64,000 nucleotides of DNA from an uncultured Prevotellaceae bacterium (lineage in GTDB: Bacteria > Bacteroidota > Bacteroidia > Bacteroidales > Bacteroidaceae), in assembly GCA_902797505.1 (NCBI GenBank), contig CADBSW010000157.1:10253-74252 (forward strand), written 5' to 3'. Made by a program: the position numbers and the translations under genes. Of this stretch, positions 9,846 to 20,900 are shown piece after piece. Position 1 is the first letter of the stretch, and every line of letters starts with the position of its first letter. The notes beneath the pieces are model-generated. The model was not told the DNA's origin. It saw nothing but the letters and a program-made list of their open reading frames with translations, and ran no database searches.

Positions 9846-10148
9846 ATGGCAGAAAAGAAAACTACAAAGGCTGCTGCTGCAAAGGTTGCAGAGGCTCCTA
9901 AGAAAGAAACAGTAAAGAAAGCTACCAAGAAAGTGGCTGCAAAGAAAGTTATCTCTTACACAGCAGAGAATGTTGGTTTCAAGGCTGGTGATGTATATCA
10001 GGCACTTGCTACCGCTCAGAAGGCTCTCTCTGTTAAGGAAATTGCCGCTCAGGCAAACATCGCAGAAGAGGAAGTACTCCTCGGTGCTGGTTGGTTGCTC
10101 AAAGAGGGTAAGATAACTGAGGCAGAAGGCAAGATTGTTTTGGCTTAA
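9846..10148 (+). CDS. Small winged-helix protein (DUF2582-like) with a Lys/Ala-rich N-terminal tail
   Basis: The pattern VGFKAGDVYQAL...LSVKEI...LGAGWLLKEGKI follows an approximately 34-aa K/A-rich tail. Confidence 0.75.
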   Translation: MAEKKTTKAAAAKVAEAPKKETVKKATKKVAAKKVISYTAENVGFKAGDVYQALATAQKALSVKEIAAQANIAEEEVLLGAGWLLKEGKITEAEGKIVLA

Positions 10149-10165
10149 TCTGTATAAGATTATTG

Positions 10166-10201
10166 AGAAGGGCTGAGTGTTTAAACATTCGGCCCTTCTT
10201 T
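10166..10201 (+). terminator. Hairpin/terminator after the DUF2582-like gene
   Basis: Stem AGAAGGGCTGAGTGT / ACATTCGGCCCTTCT with a short T tail. Confidence 0.6.
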
Positions 10202-10222
10202 GTAAAGAGAAACCATGAACGT

Positions 10223-10555
10223 ATGAAATACGAGAAGGAGATATTATTGTTTTTAGCTGAAGCAGGAAACAATGGACTGAGCGTTAAGAAGATCGCCCGG
10301 CATGTGTTTAATGCTTCCAATAACTTCTTTGAAGAGCTCGACTTTCAGGAGGTACACAATGCTGTTCAACAATATCTCACTCGCAACAGCAAAAACAGAG
10401 ACTCACTGATCGAAAAGGTAGGTCCCAGGGGAATCTATAGACTTAATACCAACTCTCCCATTTCACAACAACTGATGTTTGACTTCTTCCAAGAAGAAGA
10501 GGAACAACAGAAGCCGACAGAAGACTTGTCGCTCTCTTTGTTTGATGATTTGTAA
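10223..10555 (+). CDS. Hypothetical protein: probable winged helix plus acidic C-terminal tail
   Basis: ATG at 10223. ILLFLAEAGNNGLSVKKIARHVFN...LIEKVGPRGIYRL is followed by an acidic tail ending LSLSLFDDL. Confidence 0.7.
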   Translation: MKYEKEILLFLAEAGNNGLSVKKIARHVFNASNNFFEELDFQEVHNAVQQYLTRNSKNRDSLIEKVGPRGIYRLNTNSPISQQLMFDFFQEEEEQQKPTEDLSLSLFDDL

Positions 10556-10644
10556 AAAACCGTCTTGTGTTCTTTAAGATTGGATTGTTTTTATTGGGAT
10601 TTCTCAAAAATTGTAAGTAAACCAATCAAAAATGTGAATAATTA

Positions 10645-10676
10645 TTTGTTTGTTAGAAATATTATTTTTACTTTTG
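10645..10676 (+). promoter_or_regulatory. leu operon promoter (-33 TTTG, 20-nt spacer, -7 TACTTTTG)
   Basis: Canonical spacing, upstream of the leader peptide. Confidence 0.75.
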
Positions 10677-10698
10677 CATCCGTTTAAATAATGTTTCT

Positions 10699-10746
10699 AT
10701 GAATATTTCTATACTATCTCTTATAAATATCTTGCGACAGCAATAG
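10699..10746 (+). CDS. Putative leu/ile operon leader peptide MNISILSLINILRQQ
   Basis: 15-codon ORF with 4 Ile (ATT, ATA, ATA, ATC) and 3 Leu (CTA, CTT, TTG) codons, lying between the promoter and a terminator upstream of leuA. Confidence 0.7.
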   Translation: MNISILSLINILRQQ

Positions 10747-10753
10747 TAAGTCG

Positions 10754-10848
10754 GAAGTGAAGGGGTGTATGATTATTCTACATATAAAATAGGTATTAGA
10801 GAAAATGATTGAACCTTTCCACTTCTATTGAGTGAGAAAGGTTTTTTT
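10754..10848 (+). promoter_or_regulatory. Transcription attenuator (antiterminator plus terminator) of the leu operon
   Basis: Terminator stem AACCTTTC-CACT / AGTG-A-GAAAGGTT with a T-run (10812-10848). The upstream GAAGTGAAGG can pair with CCTTTCCACTTC in the terminator 5' arm. Confidence 0.75.
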
Positions 10849-10874
10849 GTTAGGATAATATAATAAGGTAAAAG

Positions 10875-12380
10875 ATGAATGATAGATTATTTATTTTTGA
10901 CACAACGTTAAGAGATGGCGAACAGGTTCCTGGATGCCAGTTGAATACCGTTGAGAAAATACAGGTGGCAAAACAACTCGAACAGTTGGGCGTGGATGTG
11001 ATAGAAGCAGGATTCCCTATTTCCAGTCCTGGTGATTTCAATTCAGTAATAGAGATTTCTAAGGCTGTTACTTGGCCTACTATCTGCGCATTGACGAGAG
11101 CCGTTGAAAAAGATATAGATGTGGCAGTAGAATCCTTGCAGTATGCCAAGAGAAAGAGAATACATACGGGTATCGGCACCTCTGATTCACATATTAAATA
11201 TAAGTTTAATTCCAATAGAGAGGAGATTATCGAGCGTGCTATTGCAGCTGTGAAATATGCTAAGAAATATGTAGAGGATGTGGAGTTCTACGCTGAGGAT
11301 GCCGGTCGTACAGATAATGAATACCTGGCGCGTGTGATTGAAGCTGCGATTAAAGCAGGAGCCACTGTTTGTAATATCCCTGACACTACTGGTTACTGCC
11401 TGCCTCAGGAATATGGCGAAAAGATCAAATATTTGATGGAACACGTGGATGGCTTGTCAAGTGGCAAAGCGATTCTCTCCACTCACTGTCATAATGATTT
11501 AGGTATGGCAACAGCCAATACAATGAGCGGTATCCTGAACGGAGCACGTCAGGCAGAGGTAACAATCAATGGTATCGGTGAGCGTGCAGGAAATACCTCT
11601 ATGGAAGAAATCGCCATGATTCTGAAATGTCATAAGCAAATCGGTATAGAAACAAATATCAACACCACGAAGATTTATCCTGCCAGCAGAATGGTTTCAT
11701 CGCTGATGAACATGCCTGTTCAACCCAACAAAGCGGTGGTGGGACGTAATGCCTTTGCACATTCCAGCGGTATCCATCAGGATGGCGTACTAAAGAATGT
11801 AGCCACCTATGAGACCATGGATCCGAAGGATGTAGGCCTCGACGATAACTCTATCGTATTGACAGCACGCTCTGGAAGAGCAGCTCTCAAATATCGTTTG
11901 GAGGTGTTGGGTGTTCCTGTAGATGATGATAAGAAACTGGATAAGATCTATCAGAAGTTCTTAGCCCTGGCTGATAGAAAGAAAGAGGTTAACGATGATG
12001 ATATCCTGACGTTGGCTGGTGCAGACTCTGCCGATAACCATGCTATCAAATTGGACTTCTTACAGGTGACTACCGGTATGGGTGTGAAAAGTGTAGCCAG
12101 TATCGGACTGGACATTAGTGGACAGAAATTTGAGGCAGCAGCTACAGGTAATGGTCCTGTTGATGCCGCTATCAAAGCCTTGAAGAAAATCATTTTGAAA
12201 CAGATGACACTGAAGGAGTTTACCATCCAAGCTATTTCCAAAGGTTCTGATGATGTGGGAAAAGTTCACATGCAGGTGGAATACAATGGAAGTCTTTATT
12301 ATGGTTTTGGTGCGAATACGGATATCGTGACCGCTTCGGTAGAGGCATATATAGAATGTATCAACAAGTTTAAAAACTGA
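10875..12380 (+). CDS. leuA: 2-isopropylmalate synthase
   Basis: Motifs [24 protein letters not shown] and [12 protein letters not shown], plus the C-terminal regulatory domain GNGPVDA. Confidence 0.96.
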   Translation: MNDRLFIFDTTLRDGEQVPGCQLNTVEKIQVAKQLEQLGVDVIEAGFPISSPGDFNSVIEISKAVTWPTICALTRAVEKDIDVAVESLQYAKRKRIHTGIGTSDSHIKYKFNSNREEIIERAIAAVKYAKKYVEDVEFYAEDAGRTDNEYLARVIEAAIKAGATVCNIPDTTGYCLPQEYGEKIKYLMEHVDGLSSGKAILSTHCHNDLGMATANTMSGILNGARQAEVTINGIGERAGNTSMEEIAMILKCHKQIGIETNINTTKIYPASRMVSSLMNMPVQPNKAVVGRNAFAHSSGIHQDGVLKNVATYETMDPKDVGLDDNSIVLTARSGRAALKYRLEVLGVPVDDDKKLDKIYQKFLALADRKKEVNDDDILTLAGADSADNHAIKLDFLQVTTGMGVKSVASIGLDISGQKFEAAATGNGPVDAAIKALKKIILKQMTLKEFTIQAISKGSDDVGKVHMQVEYNGSLYYGFGANTDIVTASVEAYIECINKFKN

Positions 12381-12386
12381 TTAAAT

Positions 12387-13781
12387 ATGAACACGCTATT
12401 TGATAAGATATGGGATAAACATGTGGTGCAGATTGTGGAAGAAGGACCGACACAATTGTATATCGACCGCTTGTACTGTCATGAGGTGACTTCACCACAG
12501 GCTTTCGACGGACTGAGAGCACGTGGTTTGAAATGTTATCGACCACAACAAATCTATTGCATGCCTGATCATAATACCCCTACACATGATCAGGATAAAC
12601 CGATAACAGATCCTGTTTCGAAAAAACAAGTTGATACCCTGAAAGCGAATGTAGCGGAGTTTGGACTCACACATTTCGGCATGATGGATCAGAACAATGG
12701 TATTATCCATGTCGTTGGACCAGATTTGGGATTATCCCTCCCAGGCATGACCATTGTCTGTGGTGACTCACATACCAGTACTCACGGAGCCATGGGCGCA
12801 GTAGCCTTCGGTATCGGAACATCAGAAGTGGAGATGGTGCTTGCCTCCCAATGTATCCTGCAGCAAAAACCAAAGTCTATGCGTATCACCGTTAATGGTA
12901 AATTAGGAAAGGGTGTTACCGCGAAAGATATGGCCTTGTTCCTGATGAGCAGACTGACGACATCGGGTGCAACAGGATATTTTGTTGAATATAGTGGTGA
13001 AGCGGTAAGGAGTCTCTCTATGGAGGGAAGACTCACCCTCTGCAACCTCTCGATAGAGATGGGTGCCCGTGGCGGATTTATCGCTCCCGATGAGACTACC
13101 TTCGAATATATCAAGACAAAGCCCTATGTTCCTAAAGGAGAGGAATGGGATCGCGCCATGGCTTATTGGAAGACCTTATACAGTGGTGAGGATGCTGTCT
13201 TTGATAAAGAACTGTCATTTGATGCCGCAGAGATAGAACCACGTATTACCTATGGTACAAATCCCGGTATGGGTATCGGTATCAGTGAACATATTCCTGC
13301 GATAGAAGAGATAGATGAGAAGGGTAGGGCATCTTTCGAAAAAGCACTCTCTTATATGGGATTCTCGGCTGGTGAACAGATAGAAGGTCATCCTATTGAC
13401 TATGTTTTTTTAGGCGCATGCACTAATGGTCGTATTGAGGATTTCCGTGCCTTTGCCGAGATAGTCAAAGGACTACATAAAGCAGATGGTGTTATAGCTT
13501 GGTTAGTACCCGGTTCATGGACGGTAGAACGCCAGATACGTAAGGAGGGCTTGGATAAGATTCTGTCTGATGCAGGCTTTGAAATACGTCAACCGGGATG
13601 CTCGGCATGTCTTGCCATGAACGATGATAAGATACCTGCAGGAAAATATTGTGTATCTACCAGTAATCGTAACTTCGAAGGCCGACAGGGACCTGGAGCA
13701 CGTACCATTCTTGCCAGTCCTTACATGGCAGCTGCCGCCGCTGTGACAGGAAAGATAACTGATCCCAGAAAGTTAATGTAA
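12387..13781 (+). CDS. leuC: 3-isopropylmalate dehydratase large subunit
   Basis: Motifs [37 protein letters not shown] and [10 protein letters not shown]. Confidence 0.97.
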   Translation: MNTLFDKIWDKHVVQIVEEGPTQLYIDRLYCHEVTSPQAFDGLRARGLKCYRPQQIYCMPDHNTPTHDQDKPITDPVSKKQVDTLKANVAEFGLTHFGMMDQNNGIIHVVGPDLGLSLPGMTIVCGDSHTSTHGAMGAVAFGIGTSEVEMVLASQCILQQKPKSMRITVNGKLGKGVTAKDMALFLMSRLTTSGATGYFVEYSGEAVRSLSMEGRLTLCNLSIEMGARGGFIAPDETTFEYIKTKPYVPKGEEWDRAMAYWKTLYSGEDAVFDKELSFDAAEIEPRITYGTNPGMGIGISEHIPAIEEIDEKGRASFEKALSYMGFSAGEQIEGHPIDYVFLGACTNGRIEDFRAFAEIVKGLHKADGVIAWLVPGSWTVERQIRKEGLDKILSDAGFEIRQPGCSACLAMNDDKIPAGKYCVSTSNRNFEGRQGPGARTILASPYMAAAAAVTGKITDPRKLM

Positions 13782-13791
13782 AAACCTGTAG

Positions 13792-14391
13792 ATGATGAAA
13801 CAGAAATTCAATATTATAAAAAGTACGTGTATTCCTCTCCCGTTGGAGAATGTAGATACAGATCAGATCATACCCGCGCGTTTCTTAAAAGCAACCACCC
13901 GTGATGAGAAATTCTTCGGTGAGAACCTGTTTCGTGACTGGAGATATAAAGAGGACGGGTCTCTCAATGAGTCTTTCGTTCTGAATGATCCCACCTATAC
14001 GGGTTGCTTTCTCGTCGCAGGAAAGAACTTCGGATCAGGATCGAGTAGGGAACATGCAGCATGGGCTATCGCAGGATATGGCTTCCGTGCTGTCATAAGC
14101 AGTTTTTTTGCCGATATCCACAAGAATAATGAACTGAACAATTTCGTGTTGCCAGTTGTTGTCACCGAAGAATTCCTAAAAGAACTATTTGACAGTATCT
14201 ACGAAGATCCTTCTATGATGGTGGAAGTAAATCTCCCCGAACAGACTGTTACCAATTGTAAAACCGGCAGACAAGAAACTTTCGAGATCAACGGTTATAA
14301 GAAACATTGCTTGATGAACGGTCTGGATGATATCGACTATCTCTTGGAGAATCAGGATAAGATCGTGGAATGGGAAAAAAACAACAAATAG
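13792..14391 (+). CDS. leuD: 3-isopropylmalate dehydratase small subunit
   Basis: Motifs NVDTDQIIPARFL and NFGSGSSREHAAWA. Confidence 0.97.
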   Translation: MMKQKFNIIKSTCIPLPLENVDTDQIIPARFLKATTRDEKFFGENLFRDWRYKEDGSLNESFVLNDPTYTGCFLVAGKNFGSGSSREHAAWAIAGYGFRAVISSFFADIHKNNELNNFVLPVVVTEEFLKELFDSIYEDPSMMVEVNLPEQTVTNCKTGRQETFEINGYKKHCLMNGLDDIDYLLENQDKIVEWEKNNK

Positions 14392-14392
14392 A

Positions 14393-15985
14393 ATGAGTAG
14401 CAAAAAAGGTATGGAAGATTATTCTTATACTCGTATACTACCCTATATCGAGATCATGGACTGTACACTGCGTGATGGTGAACAGACCAGTGGCGTGTCT
14501 TTTTTACCGCATGAGAAACTGATGATCGCTCGCAAACTGTTGCATGATGTAAATGTAGACCGTATAGAGGTGGCATCAGCAGGAGTATCGAAAGGTGATG
14601 AGGATGCTGTCAGCATGATATGTCGCTATGCCAAAACTATCGGTAAAGAGGATAAGGTTGAGGTGCTGGGATTTGTGGATGGTCATAAGTCGGTCGACTG
14701 GATCCATGCTTGTGGCGGTAAGGTAATCAACCTATTGGCAAAAGGTTCTGAGAAACACTGTCGTCAACAGCTTAATAAATCATTAGAGGAACATCTTGAG
14801 GATATCCTTGCTGTGGTGGATTATGCAGACAAGATGCAGATGAACGTTAATCTTTATCTGGAGGATTGGAGTAATGGTATGCAAGAATCGCCCGACTATG
14901 TCTATGGATTGATGGATCATCTGACAAAGACATCTATCAAGCGGTTTATGCTTCCTGATACATTGGGTATCTTGAATCCGTTGCAGGTGATCGAGTTTAT
15001 GCGGAAGATGCAACGGAGATATAGTGGCATACATTTCGATTTCCATGCCCATAATGACTATGACTTGGCGGTAAGCAACTCCTTGGCTGCTGTACTCAGT
15101 GGTTGTAAGGGATTACATGTGACGGTAAATGGTCTTGGTGAACGTTGTGGTAATGCTCCTTTATCCAGTGTGCAGGCTATCCTAAAGGATCATTTTCAGG
15201 CAAAGACAAATATCTGCGAGGATCGTCTTAACGAGATTTCCCGACTGGTTGAAGGATACAGTGGTATTGCCATAGCCCCTAACCAACCCGTAATCGGTGA
15301 GAATGTCTTCACCCAAGTGGCCGGTGTTCATGCCGATGGGGATAACAAGGCCAGGCTCTATTACAATGCCCTTGTACCAGAACGTTTCGGTAGAAAACGC
15401 GAATATGCCTTGGGAAAGAACAGCGGAAAGGCAAACATTGAAAAGAATCTGAAGGAATTAGGATTAGAACTGACTCCAGAACAGACACTTAGGGTAACAC
15501 AACGTATTACAGAATTGGGTGACAGGAAAGAGATTGTCACACAAGAAGACTTACCCTATATTGTCAGTGATGTCCTTAAGCAAGATTCTCCGGAGGATAC
15601 TGTGAAACTGATCAGTTATGTGGTGTCTACTGCCTACGGACTGAAACCGGGTGCAAATATCCATGTAGAGATCAACGGAAAGCAGTATGAGGCAGGAGCA
15701 ACGGGTGACGGACAATATGATGCTTTTGTAAAAGCACTGCGATGGATCTATCGTAAATATCTGGGTCGTACATTTCCTATCTTGTCAAACTATACGGTGT
15801 CGATACCTCCTGGTGGCCGTACCGATGCATTGGTACAGACCATCATCACTTGGCAGAACGGAGATAAGATCATCCGCACACGTGGATTGGATGCTGATCA
15901 GACTTATGCAGCCATTAAGGCAACCTTTAAGATGCTCAACATCTTTGAAAAAGAATATCAAAGTTCTTTGGAGAAACCAGAATAA
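14393..15985 (+). CDS. cimA: Second DRE-TIM enzyme, probably (R)-citramalate synthase
   Basis: Motifs DCTLRDGEQTSGVSF, YLEDWSNG, HAHNDYDLAV, AGVHADGD and GDGQYDAF. It is a LeuA paralog of the Leptospira/Bacteroides CimA type inside the leu operon. Start is 14393 or 14411. Confidence 0.8.
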   Translation: MSSKKGMEDYSYTRILPYIEIMDCTLRDGEQTSGVSFLPHEKLMIARKLLHDVNVDRIEVASAGVSKGDEDAVSMICRYAKTIGKEDKVEVLGFVDGHKSVDWIHACGGKVINLLAKGSEKHCRQQLNKSLEEHLEDILAVVDYADKMQMNVNLYLEDWSNGMQESPDYVYGLMDHLTKTSIKRFMLPDTLGILNPLQVIEFMRKMQRRYSGIHFDFHAHNDYDLAVSNSLAAVLSGCKGLHVTVNGLGERCGNAPLSSVQAILKDHFQAKTNICEDRLNEISRLVEGYSGIAIAPNQPVIGENVFTQVAGVHADGDNKARLYYNALVPERFGRKREYALGKNSGKANIEKNLKELGLELTPEQTLRVTQRITELGDRKEIVTQEDLPYIVSDVLKQDSPEDTVKLISYVVSTAYGLKPGANIHVEINGKQYEAGATGDGQYDAFVKALRWIYRKYLGRTFPILSNYTVSIPPGGRTDALVQTIITWQNGDKIIRTRGLDADQTYAAIKATFKMLNIFEKEYQSSLEKPE

Positions 15986-15998
15986 GTTATTATTTTTG
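15967..15998 (+). promoter_or_regulatory. Internal promoter for leuB (-33 TTTG, 20-nt spacer, -7 TATTTTTG)
   Basis: Exact canonical boxes and spacing, spanning the cimA stop codon. Confidence 0.6.
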
Positions 15999-16023
15999 TG
16001 GCGAGATTAGAAGAATGAGTCTT

Positions 16024-16063
16024 TCGAGATCTCGATATCGCGTTATCACGTAATCTCGATAAT
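16024..16063. repeat. Degenerate 8-bp tandem repeat (5 units)
   Basis: TCGAGATC TCGATATC GCGTTATC ACGTAATC TCGATAAT. Confidence 0.6.
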
Positions 16064-16077
16064 TAAAATTTAAAGAA

Positions 16078-17139
16078 ATGAAATTAAACATAGCAGTTTT
16101 ACCCGGCGACGGTATTGGTCCGGAGATTATGCAACAGGGCGTGGCCGTCATGGATGCCATTGCTGAGAAGTTCCATCATCAGATAAGTTATAAAGAGGCT
16201 ATCTGCGGTGCTGATGCCATTGATAAAGTAGGGGATCCTTTCCCTGAAGATACTTTTCGTATCTGTCAGGAGGCTGATGCCGTACTCTTTGCTGCAGTAG
16301 GCGATCCGCGCTTCGATAATGATCCGACGGCTAAGGTTCGTCCTGAACAAGGCTTGCTCGCCATGCGTAAGAAGTTAGGACTATATGCTAATATCCGTCC
16401 TGTACAGACATTCAAATGTCTGTTGCATAAGTCTCCCCTTAAAGATGAACTTATTGCTGGTGCTGACTTCATCTGTATCCGTGAATTGACCGGTGGAATG
16501 TATTTCGGAGAGAAATACCAGGATAATGACAAGGCGTACGACACGAATTACTATACTCGTCCGGAGATTGAAAGAATCCTGATAGTTGGATTCGAGTATG
16601 CCCGTAAACGTCGTCATCACCTTACTGTTATTGACAAAGCCAACGTGTTGGCATCCAGCAGACTATGGAGGCAGATTGCCAAGGAGATGGCTCCACAGTA
16701 TCCTGATGTCACTACAGATTATATGTTTGTAGATAATGCCTCCATGCGTATGCTCGTTGAACCGACATTCTTCGATGTGATGGTGACAGAGAATACTTTC
16801 GGTGATATCCTTACTGATGAAGGATCATGTATCAGTGGATCTATGGGATTGCTTCCCTCTGCATCAACAGGAGAAAGCACACCTGTCTTTGAACCTGTTC
16901 ATGGCAGTTGGCCACAGGCAAAGGGTCAGAATATTGCCAATCCGTTGGCACAGATCCTTTCTGTAGCAATGCTCTTTGAGTATTTCGATCTGAAAGAAGA
17001 AGGAGCGTTGATACGTAAAGCCGTTGACGTATCTCTTGTCAATAATATCCGTACTCCTGAAATTCAGGTAGAAGGTGGTGCACAATACGGTACCCGAGAA
17101 GTAGGAGCATGGATTGTCGACTATATCAGAAACGCATAA
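16078..17139 (+). CDS. leuB: 3-isopropylmalate dehydrogenase
   Basis: Motifs [39 protein letters not shown] and EPVHGS. Confidence 0.97.
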   Translation: MKLNIAVLPGDGIGPEIMQQGVAVMDAIAEKFHHQISYKEAICGADAIDKVGDPFPEDTFRICQEADAVLFAAVGDPRFDNDPTAKVRPEQGLLAMRKKLGLYANIRPVQTFKCLLHKSPLKDELIAGADFICIRELTGGMYFGEKYQDNDKAYDTNYYTRPEIERILIVGFEYARKRRHHLTVIDKANVLASSRLWRQIAKEMAPQYPDVTTDYMFVDNASMRMLVEPTFFDVMVTENTFGDILTDEGSCISGSMGLLPSASTGESTPVFEPVHGSWPQAKGQNIANPLAQILSVAMLFEYFDLKEEGALIRKAVDVSLVNNIRTPEIQVEGGAQYGTREVGAWIVDYIRNA

Positions 17140-17140
17140 T

Positions 17141-17812
17141 ATGAGAAGACTGATCGTATTCCTCTTGCTATCCTTCACCTTATCTGGCGTTGCACAGACA
17201 AGACAAGAACTTCGTGACAGCTTGAAAGCAGCTACAGATCGTCTTGCCTATCATCCAGACAGTATCGCCTTACGTCTTGAGAAAGCGCGTTACAATCTGG
17301 AGTTGGAGCAGTGGGGCTTTGCCCAAGAGGAATACGATTATATACTAAAGAGATACCCTCAACATCTTGCAGCCTTGTTCTTCCGTGCCTATACCAACGA
17401 ACGGTTATATCGTTATAACTTTGCAAGATTGGATTACGAGAATCTGCTTACCATTGTTCCGGCCCATTTCGAGGCACGTCTTGGTTTGGCATTGTTGAAT
17501 CAGAAGGATAAGAAATATACTGAGGCGATGGATCAGATTAATATTCTTGTGCTGCAACATCCAGACAGTGCTATTGCCTATGCTGCCCGTGCCGGAATAG
17601 AGACAGAGCGCGAGATGTACTCCTTAGCAATCTATGATTATACTGAGGCATTGTTGAGAGATCCTAAGAATACGGATTATCTACTGTCAAGAGCTGATTT
17701 GTATATACGGGAAAGACAATTTAAAGCGGCAAGAAAAGACCTTGACCGACTCGTTTCCTTAGGTGTTCCTAAACCATCTCTGAAAGAATTCTATAAGCGT
17801 TTGAAGAGGTAA
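17141..17812 (+). CDS. Exported tetratricopeptide-repeat protein
   Basis: Signal peptide after the ATG at 17141 and repeated TPR-like units (AYAARA...AIYDYTEAL..DP). Confidence 0.8.
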   Translation: MRRLIVFLLLSFTLSGVAQTRQELRDSLKAATDRLAYHPDSIALRLEKARYNLELEQWGFAQEEYDYILKRYPQHLAALFFRAYTNERLYRYNFARLDYENLLTIVPAHFEARLGLALLNQKDKKYTEAMDQINILVLQHPDSAIAYAARAGIETEREMYSLAIYDYTEALLRDPKNTDYLLSRADLYIRERQFKAARKDLDRLVSLGVPKPSLKEFYKRLKR

Positions 17813-17987
17813 ACATCTTATTCTGCCATATTGCATAAAATGCTGTTATAAATTAATTTATAACATCTGCTGACAACAATTACTTAAAACTGGTTTAAAA
17901 ATTTCTTTGAATTCCTTAACGTATATTGATTTTTTTCCTTACCTTTGCGTCAAAATTCGAATTTATTCATTAATATTATTAAAAACT

Positions 17988-20900
17988 ATGCAGAAAAGAA
18001 TTGGTTTTCTGATGTCCATGATGCTGTTTTTCTGTACAGCAATGATGGCTCAAATCACAACTTCTTCTATGAACGGTAAGATCGTTGATGAAAACAACGA
18101 AGCCGTTATTGGAGCAACGGTTCAGGTTGTACACGAACCTTCCGGAACCCGTTATTCAGCAGTGTCTAACATTGATGGACGTTTTAGTATCCAAGGTATG
18201 CGTACCGGTGGTCCATACAGTGTGACGATTACTTACATCGGTTACAAAGACATTACCTACAAAAACATCAACTTGCAGTTAGGTGAGCCTTACATGCTCA
18301 ATGCTAACCTCAGCGAGGATGTTAACCAGTTGGGTGAGGTCGTTGTAACAGGTTCAAAATCAAAGTTCAACGCAGAGAAGACGGGTGCTTCTACCAACAT
18401 CAACAGTACCCAAATCTCTAATCTGCCGACAGTTAGCCGTAGCATCACGGATGTTACCCGTCTGTCTCCTTATGGAGGTAATGGTATGAGCTTCGCTGGT
18501 GCCGACGGTCGTACAGCCAACTTCACGGTTGATGGTGCTAACTTCAACAATAACTTTGGTTTGTCCAGCAATCTTCCTGGTGGTGGTAACCCGATTTCTA
18601 TCGATGCTATCGAGGAGATGCAGGTGGTGATTTCTCCATACGATGTACGTCAGACCAACTTCATCGGTGGTGGTGTTAATGCTATTACCAAGTCAGGAAC
18701 CAACACCTTCAAGGGATCTGCTTACATCTATCACAAGAATGAGAACATGCAGGGTGACGCAGTCTATCGTCAGCAGATTGCCGGTGCCCGTGACAAAGCC
18801 CAGACAACTACTTACGGTTTCACACTCGGTGGTCCGATCATCAAGAATAAGTTGTTCTTCTTCGCCAATGGTGAGATGATCAAGATTCCTACCATCGTAA
18901 ACCGTTGGAAGGCATCAGAGAATGGCGTTGCTGATGCTGAAAATTATGTATCTCGTACCAAACTTTCTGATATGGAAGCTGTATCCAACTATTTGAGAAG
19001 TAAGTATGGTTATGAGACTGGTAGTTACACCAGCTTCCCGGCTGATGAGAGCAATTATAAGTTCTTGGCTCGTATCGACTGGAACATCACCGATAATCAT
19101 CGTTTGGCATTGCGTTATAACTATACCAAGAATAATGTTTGGAACTCTCCGAATGCTACCTCTATGGATGGTGGAACACGTATGTCAGGTGGCCGTATGT
19201 CACAGTTTTCTATGGCTTTTGCCAATACGATGTATTCCATGGAGAATATCGTTAAGACCTGGTCTCTCGATCTTAACAGTCGTCTGAACGATAAACTCTC
19301 TAACCAGTTCCTGGCAACATTCTCAAAACTTGATGATGTCCGTGGTTCTAACTCATCTGAGTTCCCACACATCGATATTCTGAAGGATGACAATAACTAC
19401 ATGGCCATGGGTTATGAGTTGTTCACCTGGAACAATGCCGTTCACAACACGATTTGGAATATTAAGGATGACGTGACCTATTATATAGGTAACCATAAGA
19501 TTATGGCTGGTGTAATGTTTGAGCATCAGATGGCTGACAACCAGTATATGCGTAACGGAACCGGTTACTATCGTTATAACTGGGAAGATGGTATGAGTGT
19601 TGAGCAGTTGTTCAACCAGACACCTGAGGTGTTCTGTCTTACCTATGGATATGATGGCGAAAGCGCACCAGCAGCTCGTGTACAGTTCAACCGCCCAGGT
19701 ATCTATGGTCAGGATGAGTGGAACATTAATGATAAGTTCAAGTTGACTTACGGTCTGCGTATCGACGGTCTTTTCTTCAACAATGGTGACCTCCTTACTA
19801 ATAATGCTATCAAGGCTCTTGATTACTATGATAAGAATGGTAATGTTCGTCATATTGATACTGGTAAGTGGCCTGCAAACAGCATCACTTTCTCTCCGCG
19901 TGTTGGTTTTACTTGGGATGTTTTAGGTGACAAGACATTGAAGGTACGTGGTGGTACTGGTCTCTTCTCTGGTCGTCTGCCATTAGTATTCTTCACTAAC
20001 ATGCCTACTAACGGTGGTCTGGTTCAGTATCAGGCACAACTTAATGCAAAGACAAAGGTTTGGGATGGCGAAAAAGCTACAAGAGGATATGAGAACTACT
20101 CTGGTACTTATACTACAGACGATAAGGGTAATCGCTACATCGATATGAGTCAGTTTGCTGGTGGTCCTATGACAAAGATCTCTGACATGCTGGCTAAACT
20201 TGAGAGCATGGGTTATCCGACAACAGTTACCAGTGACATGGGTACTGTTCCCTCTTCAATTTCTGCTGTTGATCCCGACTTCAAGATGCCACAGGTATGG
20301 AAGAGCTCTATCGCTATCGACTATGCTTTCCCCGTGAACTTCCCAATGACCATCACGGCTGAGGGTATCTTCAATAAGACCATCAATGCTGTTTCTATCT
20401 CCGACTGGAGTATTCCAAGTGTAGGTGGTTTCGCACGTTTCAACGGTGTTGACAACCGTCCTATCTATCCGACTGGTTTCCGTACAGGTACAAAGGCATT
20501 CGTTCTGGAAAATACAAGCAAGGGTTACGGATGGTCAGCTAATGTTACTCTGACCGCTCAGCCTACTGAGTATCTGAGTTTGATGGCTGCCTATACACAT
20601 ACCGTATCAAAGGAAGTTACCGGTATGCCTGGTTCTGCTGCTGAGTCTGCCTTCACATACGTTCCTACATCAGAAGGTCCAAACAACATTAAGTTGCACA
20701 ACTCACAGTATGTTACTCCAGATCGTTTCGTAGCATCTGCTACTGCTCATGATAAGAGTGGCAACCACTTCAGTTTGATCTATGAGACATGGCGCGGTGG
20801 TTACAACTACTCTTATATGATGACCAACGATATGAACGGTGACGGTTACAACTACGACGCTGTATATATCCCAACCAACGAGCAGGTGGTTAACAATGAG

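Noticed and set aside
14327-14392. Upstream extensions of track ORFs (cimA, gdhA, dnaB, TonB receptor, rpsP, nhaD, rnfE)
   Set aside because: The extensions run through promoters or upstream genes. Downstream ATGs match the family N-termini.
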